Shown here: positions 50,856-62,065 of the stretch, piece after piece
Layout: the number at the start of each line of letters is the position of its first letter
Numbering within the stretch: position 1 is the stretch's first letter
Assembly (NCBI RefSeq): GCF_004010195.1
Contig: NC_057718.1
Location: 96,316,686-96,380,685 of the forward strand
Length of the DNA stretch: 64,000 bases
Reading direction: 5' to 3'
Origin: Chiloscyllium plagiosum
Lineage: Eukaryota
Notes under the pieces: model-generated
What the model was told of the DNA's origin: nothing
The model's input: the letters and a program-made list of their open reading frames with translations, nothing else
The model's database searches: none
Made by a program: the position numbers and the translations under genes

Positions 50856-53800
50856 ATAGAACATAGAACATTACAGCGCAGTACAGGCCCTTTAGCCCTC
50901 GATGTTGCACTGACCTGTGGAACCAATTTGAAGCCCATCTAACCTACACTGTTCCATTATCATCCATATGTCTATCCAATGACCATTTAAATGCCCTTAA
51001 AGTTGGCGAGTCTACTACTATTGCAAGCAGGTTGTTCCATGCCCCGACTACTCTCTGTGTAAAGAAACTACCCCTGACATCTGTCCTATATCTATCACCT
51101 CTCAATTTAAAGCTATAGCCATCACCATCCGAGGAAAAAGGCTCTCACTGTCCACTCTATGTAATTCTCTGAATATCTTATATGTCTCAATTAAGTCACC
51201 TCTCAACCTTCTTCTCTCGAACTAAAACAACCTCAAGTCCCTCAGCTTTCCCTCGTAAGACCTTCCCTCCATACCAGGCAACATCCTAGTAAATCACCTC
51301 TGAACCCTTTCCAAAGCTTCCACATTTTTCCTATAATGCGGTGACCAGAACTGTACGCAATACTCCAAATCTGGCTGCACCAGAGTTTTGTACAGCTGCA
51401 GCATGATCTCACGGTTCCAAAAGTCAATCCCTTTTGAAGGGATTGTATGCCTTCTAACAACACTTTCAACCTGGGTGGCAACTTTCAAGGATCTATGTAC
51501 CTGGATACAGATCCCTCTAGGAGAAAGTGAGGACTGCAGATGCTGGAGATCAGAGCTTAAAGATGTGTTGCTGGAAAAGCACAGCAGGTCAGGCAGCATC
51601 AAAGGAACAGGAGAATCAACATTTCGGGCATAAAGGGCTTATGCCCGAAACATCAATTCTCCTGTTTCTTTGATGCTGCCTGACCTGCTGCGCTTTTCCA
51701 GCAACACATTTTTAAACAGAGATCTCTCTGCTCATCTACACTGCCAACAATCTTATCATTAGCCCAGTACTCTGCATTCCTGCTGCTTCTTCCAAAGTGA
51801 ATTACCTCACACTTTTCCACATTAAACTCCATTTGCCACCTCTCAGCCCAGCACTGCAGCTTATCTATATCCCTTTGCAACCTATAACATCCTTCATCAT
51901 TATCCACAACTCTACCGATCTTAGTGTCATCCCACATTAAACTCCATTTGCCACCTCTCAGCCCAGCACTGCAGCTTATCTATATCCCTTTGCAACCTAT
52001 AACATCCTTCATCATTATCCACAACTCTACCGATCTTAGTGTCATCTGCAAATTTACTGACCTATCCTTCTATGCCTTCATCCAGGTCGGTTATAAAAAT
52101 GACAAACAACAGTGGACCCAAAACAGATTCTTGCAGTACCCGAACTGAATTCCAGGATGAATATTTTCCATCAACCACCACCCTCTGTTTTCTTTCAACT
52201 AGCCAATTTCTGATCCAAATCACTAAATCACCCTCAATCCCATGCCTCCATATTTTGTACAATAGCTGCCATGGGGAACCTTATCAAATGCATTACTGAA
52301 ATCTATCCACACCAACGGCTTTACCCTCATCCACCTGTTTGGTCACCTTCTCAAAGAACTCAATAAGGTTTCTGAGGCATGACCTACCCTTCACAAAACT
52401 ATGTTAACTATCCTTAATCAACTTATTCCTTTCTAGATGATTATAAATCCTATCTCTTATAACCCTTTCCAACACTTTACCCACAACNNNNNNNNNNNNN
52501 NNNNNNNNNNNNNNNNNNNNNNNNNNNNNNNNNNNNNNNNNNNNNNNNNNNNNNNNNNNNNNNNNNNNNNNNNNNNNNNNNNNNNNNNNNNNNNNNNNNN
52601 NNNNNNNNNNNNNNNNNNNNNNNNNNNNNNNNNNNNNNNNNNNNNNNNNNNNNNNNNNNNNNNNNNNNNNNNNNNNNNNNNNNNNNNNNNNNNNNNNNNN
52701 NNNNNNNNNNNNNNNNNNNNNNNNNNNNNNNNNNNNNNNNNNNNNNNNNNNNNNNNNNNNNNNNNNNNNNNNNNNNNNNNNNNNNNNNNNNNNNNNNNNN
52801 NNNNNNNNNNNNNNNNNNNNNNNNNNNNNNNNNNNNNNNNNNNNNNNNNNNNNNNNNNNNNNNNNNNNNNNNNNNNNNNNNNNNNNNNNNNNNNNNNNNN
52901 NNNNNNNNNNNNNNNNNNNNNNNNNNNNNNNNNNNNNNNNNNNNNNNNNNNNNNNNNNNNNNNNNNNNNNNNNNNNNNNNNNNNNNNNNNNNNNNNNNNN
53001 NNNNNNNNNNNNNNNNNNNNNNNNNNNNNNNNNNNNNNNNNNNNNNNNNNNNNNNNNNNNNNNNNNNNNNNNNNNNNNNNNNNNNNNNNNNNNNNNNNNN
53101 NNNNNNNNNNNNNNNNNNNNNNNNNNNNNNNNNNNNNNNNNNNNNNNNNNNNNNNNNNNNNNNNNNNNNNNACAGCTTCCTCCCTGCCTGACCGGTACAT
53201 ACTTATCAAGGACATGCAGTAGCTGGTCCTTGAATAAGCTCCACATTTCAACTGTGCCTGTCCCCTGCAGTTTCCTTCCCCATCCTATGCATCCTAAATC
53301 TTGCTTAATCGCATCATAATTGCCTTTCCCCCAGCAATAACTCTTTGCCCGATGCTACATACCTATCTCTTTCCATCACTAAAGTAAACATAACCGAATT
53401 GTGGTCATTATCACCAAAGCGCTGACTCACCTCCAAATCTAACATCTGGCTGAGTTCATTACCCAGTACCAAATCTAATGTGGCCTCACCCCTTGTTGGT
53501 GTGTCTACATACTGTGTCACAAAACCCTCCTGCACACATTGGACAAAAACTGAACTATGTAAAGTACTTGAACCAGAGTATTTCCAGTCAATATTTGGAA
53601 AGTTAAAGTCACCCATAACTTCTACCCTGTCACTCTCGCTCCTATCCAGGATCATCTCTGCAATCCTTTCCTCTACATCTCTGGAACTATTCAGAGACCT
53701 ATAGAAAACTCTAGACAGGGTGACCTCTCCTTTCCTGTTTCTAATCTCAGCCCATACTACCTCAGTTGACAAGTTCTCAAAAGTCCTTTCTGCCACCATA

Positions 53801-55392
53801 ATACTGTCCTTGACTAACAATGCCACACCTCCCCCTCTTTTATCACTTTCCCTGTTCTTACTGAAACATCTAAATCCTAGAACCTGCAATAACCATTCTT
53901 GTCCCTCTTCTACTGATGTCTCTGAAATGGCCACAACATCAAAATCCCAGGTGCCAACCCATGCTGCAATTTCACCCACCTTATTCTGGATGTTCCTGGC
54001 GTTGAAGTCGACACACTTCAAGCCAACTTCTTGCTTGCTTGTGCCTTTTTGCAATCTTGCAATCTTAATTCTGACTTCTCAACCTCCCATATACTTGAAC
54101 TTCAATTTCAGTTCCCATCCACCTGCTGAATTAGTTTAAACCCACCCAAAGAGCATTAGCAAATTTCTGCCCCAGGATATTGGTACCCATCTGGTTCAGG
54201 TGAAGACCATCCTGTTTGAAGAGGTCCCACCTACCTCAGAAAGAACCCCAATTATCCAGGAATCCAAAACCCCCCCTCCTGCACCATCCCTGTAGCCACG
54301 TGTTCAATTCCTCTCTCTCCCTATTCCTCACTAGAACATGGCATGGGTTACGCACAAACAGACAACAATTCTGTTTGTTCTAGCTCTAAGCCACCCTCAG
54401 TTCCTGAAATTCTGCCTTTAATCACCATCCCTTTTCCTACCTATGTAATTGGTGCCTACGTGGACCATAACTTGGGGCTGCTCCCCCTCCCACTCAAGGA
54501 TCCTGAAAATACAATCAGAGACATCACAAACCCTGGGACCTGGGAGGCAACACACCAACCAAAGTCTCTCTCGTTCCCACAGAACCTCCTATCTGTCCCA
54601 TTAACTATGGAGTGCCCAATGACTAATGCTCTGCTCCTCTTCCCCCTTCCCCTCTGAGCAACAGGGACAGACTCTGCGCCAGAGACCTGTGCCTCATAGC
54701 TTACCCTTGGTAAGTCATCCCCCCAACAGTATCCAAAATGGTATACTTGTTGTTGAGGGGAACAGCCACAGGGGATCCCTGCACTGCCTGCCGGTTCCCT
54801 TTCTGTCCCCTGACGGTAACCCATCTACCCTCTTCTTTTACCTGAGGTGTAACTACCTCCTTGTAACTCCTCAATAAGCCTCCTCCTCCCCCCGCCTCCC
54901 AAATGATCCGAAGTTCATACAACTATAGGTCCAATTCCCTAACGCAGTTTTCAAGGAATTGGAGTTGGGTGCACTTCCCGCAGATGAAGTCAGCAGGGAC
55001 ACTAGTGGTGACCCTTACCCCCCACATTCTGCAGGAGGAACATTCAACTGCCCTAACCTCCATTCCCACTATTCTATATTCCCAAGAGAATACCGGAAAA
55101 CCAAAAAAAAATAAAGAAACTACTCACCTTACCAGTCCAGTGCACAGACCCTTTTATTTTGGTTAGAGGACAGGTGGGAGACACTACCCGAGTAGTGTTT
55201 TGGGTAAAGCAACCACTCAAATATAAGGCCTCACTTACCCAGCAGTCCCATGTCCGCTCCTGCTCGGTGCGCGCTCCGCCTGCACACAAGGTAGGCTTTT
55301 ATATCTTATAAATCTTTTAAGATTTACCTTCCCTCCGAGCCTCTGGTCCTCGCTCCTCCCACTTCAACTGCCACTGGAAAAAACGAAGGAGC
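50856..55392 (-). mobile_element. Near full-length CR1 LINE (5' UTR, ORF1 zinc finger/esterase, ORF2 APE plus RT), pseudogenised
   Basis: ORF1 from ~55063 AVECSSCRMW..ICGKC, IGHSIVNGTDRRFCG; EN 53314-54054 FNARNI, ISET, GGGVALL, MGDFNFP, LDLVL; RT QESVLGPLLF, DDTKIG; AGAACAT tail. Confidence 0.95.
51520..51715. mobile_element. Fold-back Penelope-like mini-element nested in CR1 ORF2
   Basis: Centre TTTCGGGCATAA-AGGGCTTATGCCCGAAAC; flanks AGATCCCTCT / AGATCTCTCT. Confidence 0.88.
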
Positions 55393-55823
55393 CAGGAGAT
55401 ACAGAATATACTTTAATTCTTTGAGGAGTAAAATAATTGTGGACCAAATAGACAATTAAACTACAGAGATTGCTTGAGATGGAAAATAGTGTCTCACGCG
55501 CTGAACTCCAAAGAGAAACATGCAGCAGAAGTGAGTTGCCTCTAACACATATAGTCAGGATGCTTTTATACCAACAACAGATCTCCCATGGTACTAATTA
55601 TGGTAAGTCAGTGATCACATTGTTTCAGCGGACCTTGGTGTCACATCACCTTCCATTTTACAGCCTTCTTGCATTCAACGTAGATTTCAAACATTGCAAC
55701 TTGGAATGACTGCTCCGATTGTTTTGGACAGCAGATATCAGTAATGGTCTTGCTGTTCACTCCCAGCTCCATTAGATCTATCTTTTGTTTCTTTACCTAT
55801 CTCAAAATACCCCCTTTTTCCTT

Positions 55824-56010
55824 ATTTTGGAGATGCCTGTGTTGGACTGGGGTGTACAAGGTTAAAAATCACACAACACCAGGTTATCGTCCAAAAGGTT
55901 TAATTGGAAGCACACTAGCTTTCGGAGCGTCACTCCTTCATCAGGTGGTTGTGTGCTAGTGTGCTTCCAATTAAACCTGTTGGACTATAACCTGTGTGAT
56001 TTTTAACCTT
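55824..56010. mobile_element. Fold-back Penelope-like mini-element (CUA family)
   Basis: Arms ~55860-55919 and ~55956-56008; TTTTTCCTT at 55815-55823 and 56011-56019. Confidence 0.85.
55916..55944 (-). ncRNA. Minimal type I hammerhead ribozyme core (intact)
   Basis: CAC-CTGATGA-A-GGAGT-GAC-GCTCC-GAAAG-CTA-GTG. Confidence 0.7.
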
Positions 56011-56879
56011 TTTTTCCTTGCACTCTTTTAATTTAATCACAACTGCCTTTCATTCTATCACAGACCTTCAGTTTTGTTTGTTCCTCCCTGTCAGCTCCCC
56101 ATTTCCTCTTGCTCTATACCTTCCCTCTATCATTACCCGGTGAATGATTACACTTTGAGCATCTGATGGAAAGCTATCAATTTGAATCAGTAACTCTGCT
56201 CCATGCACTAAAGATGTTGCCAAAACTGCTGCATATTTTGTGTTCTTAATGCCGAGGATGCAGTTTTTCATAATAATAATTACACACGCAATAGGATTGG
56301 AGAGGCATAAGTAAGAATGGCACTTATCAAAAGTATGTGTTGAAGTGAAGACTTTTATTATGTTACCAACAGATACTCAAGGGCTTCATTCACAGTGCGA
56401 AGCTTCATCTGATAACCTTTACACAATTGTAAGCAGAAGGTAGGCAAACTTTCACTTGAAAATCACTTCAATGCAATTGAACATGTATGGGAATAGAAAT
56501 AAAAGTCACAACGAATTAGAGTTAGAATTAGGATTAGGTCTATTGTCACATGTGCTCAAGTTCAAAGTATAGGAGTACAGTGGAAAGTGTACACTGTCAC
56601 CACACACAGCACCATCTTAGGTACAAAACTCTTAGGTACTAAAAAAGAGAAATAAAGAGAAAAACTAAAAATCTTACTTTACATTTCTTCAAAGTATAAA
56701 TTAGGAAGATAAAGAAAATAAGATTAAAGATTACAGTCCTTCTATAGTTTGTAGTCTCTCCACCCTGTGGGCTTTTCACATGTGGTCTCACTCTCCCTGT
56801 ACTGCTGGGCTTGAGATCACGGACAGACTGACTGCACCGAGCCCCAATATACCAGCCAACCCTTCCAGGTCCTCAGCTC

Positions 56880-57040
56880 CCTGTGACCATAGCCCATCCC
56901 ACTCAGCTTGGACCTACTGACCACTGGCTGTCCTGCTCAGCTCGGGCCTACTGACCATTGGCCATCCCGCTGAGCTCAGGCCTACTGGCCATTGGCCATC
57001 CCGCTCAGCTCGGGCATACTGACCGCTGGCCATCTCAGTC
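56880..57040. repeat. ~34-bp minisatellite, about 5 copies
   Basis: CTACTGACCATTGGCCATCCCGCTCAGCTCGGGC. Confidence 0.85.
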
Positions 57041-58299
57041 TGCGCTGGCTCACCAGTCAATGATTGCCTGTTGCACACCCTGCACCTTGCAAGTTTCTTG
57101 ATCTGGATGGCAGTGCTGTACGCATTGCATTCCTGCTCATGTCCCATTCAATCTCCATCATCCTCCTCACCGCCAAGACTGGTGGGCTGGAAGAGGTTAT
57201 TTTTCACCTTTCAGCTGCTGGGAGAGAATTCATTTCAGGCAGGTCATTTGAAACAGTAGGTAGCCTTTCTGCCTCTGAGCCACATCAGCTCTGGGTTCAG
57301 GTCCCTCAGAATCAAATGGCCACCAAAGATGCAAATCCTTTGTGTGTTCCTATGGTAGGTGTTAAGAATGGGTGAACCTTCTGATCAGCCAGAACTGTAT
57401 AGTCAATGCCATGCAACAGTCTCATCTTATCAATAGATGCCCCTTGTTAGGTTTTGCTACGGGTTGCACTCTGTTGCAAGTGTCTTCCTTGTTTATCAGA
57501 AGAAACCAATTTCTAATCTAAATATCGAAATTCCAGCGACCACATTTTAAATAACGATCAGAAGCAGGATTTCCAACAGACTCTTTCAGGGAAGGAGATT
57601 CCCCAATGAAAAATCGAGGCTGGAAAATTACCTCCCCAATATGGTCCAAATGAATAACATTAAGGAATGGCTTTCAGCAGGGGACCAGTGTGACTGCCCT
57701 CAATGCAAGGCACATGATCACTTTTCAATGCGTTGCTTGAACCATTGTCGCCTCTGTTTTAACCATGCATATATATGAACAGGAAAGCATATTCCCTGCA
57801 AGAGGGTCAAGTATTATATTTCCAATTCTGCCTACGGTCCATCGGAATATCAGTCGAGGAAATCAAAATTGCATCGCTTCCTGCTAAAACCATTACTTTG
57901 ACCACCGTGCAATGAGCCATTGCTATTGATGATCTCGTATCACAGAGAAATGTGGAGAGAAAGTAAAATAAAAGTTTCAAGCAGCTTAAATTACTAATTG
58001 CCTTCATTGACAGAGGTGATAAGGTACAGACTAAGCGCTACTTTATTTCAGACGTTAATGACTTTATTTAGTAAGAAGTATGTATGTACCATGTACAGTT
58101 CGGACCGTTGCATGAAAGATGCATTATTTGACTCTTCCAGCTGAGGAACTAAGGGTCTATTAACTACCATCAAAACATTGTTGATCGTCAGACAAACCCA
58201 TCTGGTTCACTCATGTCCTTTTGCGAAGGAAATTTTTATTCAATCCCTACAGTGTGGAAACAGGACCTTCGGCCCAACAAGTTATAATTTTGAGAGATA

Positions 58300-58572
58300 C
58301 AGGATCTATTTGCCGTGCTGTCAGATGAGGTGTCAATAGATCATGAAGAGGTCAAACAGGTTATTTTAAGTGCTTATGAATTGATACCAGAAGCATTTAG
58401 ACAACGGGTCAGAAACACAAAGAAGGAACCAGGTCAGACTTATGTTGAGTTTTAAATAATTAAACATAATCATCTTGATCGATGGGTGTGTGCTTTTAAA
58501 ATAGATAGGACCTTTGAGGCTCTATGAGAGATTATTCTGCTGAAGGAGTTTAAAAACACTTTTCCAGAGATG
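58300..58572 (+). pseudogene. Gypsy (Gmr1-like) gag fragment with SCAN-like capsid region, two stops
   Basis: Manual translation FAVLSDEVSIDHEEVKQVILSAYELIPEAFRQRVRNTKKEPGQTYVEF*..LDRW..EAL*EIILLKEFKNTFP. Confidence 0.88.
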
Positions 58573-58791
58573 ATGCATGTATGGAAGGAGCTGCCAGAGG
58601 AAGTGGTGGAGGTTGGTACAATTACACTGTTTAAAACACATCTGGATGGGTATATGAATAGGCAGGGTTTGGAGGGATATGGACTAGATGCTGGCAGGTG
58701 GGACTAGATTGGGTTGGGATATCTGGTCAGCATGGATGAGTTGGACCAAAGGGTCTGTTTCCATGTTGTACATCTCTATGACTATGACTCT
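58570..58791 (+). mobile_element. CR1/HER1 3' end
   Basis: GTATGGAAGGAGCTGCCAGAGGAAGTGGTGG..CTCTATGACTATGACTCT, close to 15596-15822. Confidence 0.92.
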
Positions 58792-59128
58792 AAGTCCACA
58801 CCGACCCTCCAAAGAGTAACCCACCCGGACCCATTTCCCCTACTCTATATTTACCCCGACTAATGCACCTAACCTACACATCCCTGAACACTATGGGCAA
58901 CTTAGCATGGCCAATTCACCTGACCTGCATATCGTTGGACTGTGGGAGGAAACCGGAGCACCGGAGGAAACCCACACAGACACAGGGAGAACTCCACACA
59001 GACAGTTGCCCGAGGCTGGAATTGAACCCAGGTCCCTTGCACTGTGAGGCAGCTGTGCTAACCACGGAACCACCATGCCATCCCTGAAACCTGCCATCCT
59101 GACTTGGTCTGGCCTACATGTGACTCCT

Positions 59129-59320
59129 TTGAGGAGAAAGTGAGGTCTGCAGATGCTGGAGATCAGAGCTGAAAATGTGTTGCTGGAAAAGCGCAGCAGG
59201 TCAGGCAGCATCCAAGGAACAGGAGAATCGACATTTCGGGCATAAGCCCTTAAGAACGTCGATTCTCCTGTTCCTGGATGCTGCCTGACCTGCTGCACGT
59301 TTCCAGCAACACATTTTCAG
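59129..59320. mobile_element. Fold-back Penelope-like mini-element with perfect 15-bp TSD
   Basis: CTACATGTGACTCCT at 59114-59128 and 59321-59335; inverted arms. Confidence 0.9.
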
Positions 59321-59737
59321 CTACATGTGACTCCTGTCCCAAAACAATGTGGTTGACTTTTAACTACCCTCTGGGCAATTAGGGATGGGCAATATATGCC
59401 GTCTAGCCCACATCCATGAGTGAATAAAACAAATGATGAAAATAGCTGGAGATAGCAAGGCAAATGAAATAATATTCTTGACTTACATTTATATAGTACC
59501 CTTCACAGCATCAAAATGTACCAAAGTGCATTTCAGACTTCCCAAATTAATTTTGAAATGTAGTCACTGACAGGAATAATAATCTCACTTTTGGAAGTAT
59601 AGTAGATCAGGTAAGGACAGCAGGTTTCCCAGAAGATTAATGTTCCCCGGGTCTCTGGTAGTCCAGTGATAATACCATCACCTTCCCTAATCTGTCCCAA
59701 TGGATACTGGGAGGAGGCTGCCCAGATTATCAGTTCA

Positions 59738-60040
59738 TAGATACCCAACAATGTGGAAGCAGGCCAATCAGCCCACACCAACCCTCTGAAGACCCTCCTA
59801 GCCCCCTATATTATCTCTTCATTTCCCATGGCTAACCCACCGAGACTGCACACTATGGGCAATTTTGCATGGCCCATCCACTAACCTTTGGACTGTGGGA
59901 AGAAAACAGAATACCCCAGAGAAAACCTGCCCAGACACAAGGAGAAATGTGCAAGCTCCACACAGACAGTCACCTGTAGGTGGAATCGAGCCCATGTCCC
60001 TGGCGCTGTGAGGCAGCAGTGCTAACCACTGTGCTGCAGC
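59738..60040 (-). mobile_element. HE1-like SINE
   Basis: CTCCACACAGACAGTCACC..GGCAGCAGTGCTAACCAC. Confidence 0.85.
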
Positions 60041-61324
60041 TGCCCCCACTCTGTGATTGTCAAATGGCACATGTTGTTCCTGAGCTCTTTCCACGACGTT
60101 GTCAACTTGGGGAAGTTCCTGCAGCATAAGGGATGGCTAATAATATAATCACAACGCTCCAGCCTTCAAGAAATGCACTGGGTTATTCTGACGAGAGCTA
60201 TCACCTCTGCATAACATCGCAAAGGAATTTGGAAGGAATCATGGTCTGACAAGGTGCTTGTGAGTTTATTAATCCCACAGGTAGGAGCAACATATAGTGT
60301 GCTTGGGCAAGTTGTATCCTGAATGAAATCGCCATTTTATAATGAGTCACCTTTTACTTTAAACTCCTGATCCAGGGTCGTGTATACTTAGGTCATTCAT
60401 TCATGAGTTCTGTTTATTTCCTGCTGATTCATCCTGGGAAGAGCATTCTTGTTTAGAGTTACATTCTGTGAATTGTTCTTGTTTGATCTTATGAAGGAAT
60501 CAATTTTATGTCAGAATCTTTTGCTTATTAATTGTGCAGAAATACATTGCCCTATTAAAACATATTAAGCAAAATATCTGTCATATTAAACTGTAGATTC
60601 GTACCACATGTGCATTCTGATCCCTTGCCACATCAGCCTTCTGTCATAGAGTATACTTCACCATTGACAAGATCACTGAGCTCAATCAACGTTCTTTTTT
60701 TTTCCCTGTTGTACACATTAAGAAGCCATTTCAGTTATTTTCTTATCCTTCTAGAATCCAAGAAGCAAATTCCTTCCTAAGCAAGATATGGGTCAGGTTT
60801 TCCGGTCTCCGGATGGTCAGAGACTGGGGAACGTCTGAGGCTGTGCATCAGGTTTATATAACAGTCACAATGTGTACTCTGATTGGGAATTCCCCAACTG
60901 CTGATGGGCAATTCCCCTGCTCCCTATGATCTTCCGTAAAGTGCCTCCCGTTCCAAGGTACAGCCAAAACATTTGGACAGTTCCATGCGGTTTACCATGG
61001 AGATATTAAAATCTGTATGGGCATCATCATAACTGACTCCCACCTCCAAACACCTGAACCCCGTCACTACTCTACCCTACTCTACCCTCTGAATTACCCT
61101 TCTCTCCGAACCCTGACTGTCCACTCATTTAAAGTGCATCTGACCATTGATCCATCTCTCAAACAGCTACACCCAGATCTCCTGAAAGCCATCAGGTCTG
61201 ACCCAACCGAACCTTGACCAGGCCTGACTAGTCTCTCAGTATGACCTAACTAGCACGCTGACAAAACTACCATCCCCAGCTAGACTTGACTATGCCTCTG
61301 AGTTAATCTGAAACTTCCCCGATA

Positions 61325-61790
61325 CAATCTGACCCTGCCCCTGACTCAATCTGACCCTGCCCCTGACTGAATCTGACCATGGCCCTGACTCAATCTGACC
61401 CTGCCCCTGACTCAGTTTGACCATGGCCCTGACTCAATCTGACCCTGCCCCTGACTCAATCTGACCCTGCCCCTGACTCAATCTGACCCTTCCCCTGACT
61501 CAATCTGGCCCTGGCCCCTGACTCAATCTGCCCCTGCCCCGACTCAATCTGACCCTGCCCCTGACTCAATCTGACCCTGCCCCGACTCAATCTGACCCTG
61601 GCCCTGACTCAATCTGACCCTGCCCCTGACTCAATCTGACCCTGCCCCTGACTCAATCTGACCCTGGCCCCGACTCAATCTGACCCTGCCCCTGACTCAG
61701 TTTGACCATGGCCCTGACTCAATCTGACCCTGCCCCTGACTCAATCTGACCTTGCCCCCTGACTCAATCTGACAATGCCCTAATTCAATC
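61325..61790. repeat. 22-bp minisatellite, about 20 copies, with degenerate flanks
   Basis: Unit TGACCCTGCCCCTGACTCAATC. Confidence 0.95.
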
Positions 61791-61848
61791 CAAAGTCCTC
61801 CCCAACCACACGATGAGCTTCCAACTCAGTCTGACGATCCCCGACTAG

Positions 61849-62065
61849 AAAAAGAACTGTAGATGTTGGAATCCAAAGTAGACAGGCAGAAGGCTGGAAG
61901 AGCACAGCAAGCCAGGCCTCATTAGGAGGTGGAGAAGTCAATGTTTCAGGTTTAACCCCTCCTGAGTCTTGAAGAAGGATTATAAGGAAACATCTACTTC
62001 TCCACCTCCTGATGCTGCCTGGCTTGCTGTGTTCTTCCAGCCTCCTGCCTGTCTACTTTGACTTT
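61849..62065. mobile_element. Fold-back Penelope-like mini-element
   Basis: Arms CAAAGTAGACAGGCAG..AGGAGGTGGAGAAG / CTTCTCCACCTCCT..CTGCCTGTCTACTTTG; flanks CCCCGACTAG / CTCTGACTAG. Confidence 0.82.

Larger units (their letters stand above)
58240..59085 (-). mobile_element. HE1-like SINE split by an insertion at ~58283-58791
   Basis: GGCCCAACAAGT | AAGTCCACACCGACCCTCC rejoin as contiguous SINE sequence. Confidence 0.88.
58170..59430 (+). mobile_element. SINE (second family) hosting nested insertions
   Basis: Pieces ~58170-58233, ~59087-59128 and 59321-59430 join into a copy colinear with revcomp of 39600-39790. Confidence 0.8.

Noticed and set aside
30410..53251. Long ORFs full of X near 30.4-31.0, 31.7-32.8 and 52.4-53.3 kb
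   Set aside because: Artefacts of translating through N gaps.
57780..57960. CpG-rich patch as an exon (similar patches at 25410-25620, 42460-42610, 49140-49290)
   Set aside because: Open frames lack paired strong splice sites or recognisable products; may be non-coding conserved DNA but this cannot be supported here.
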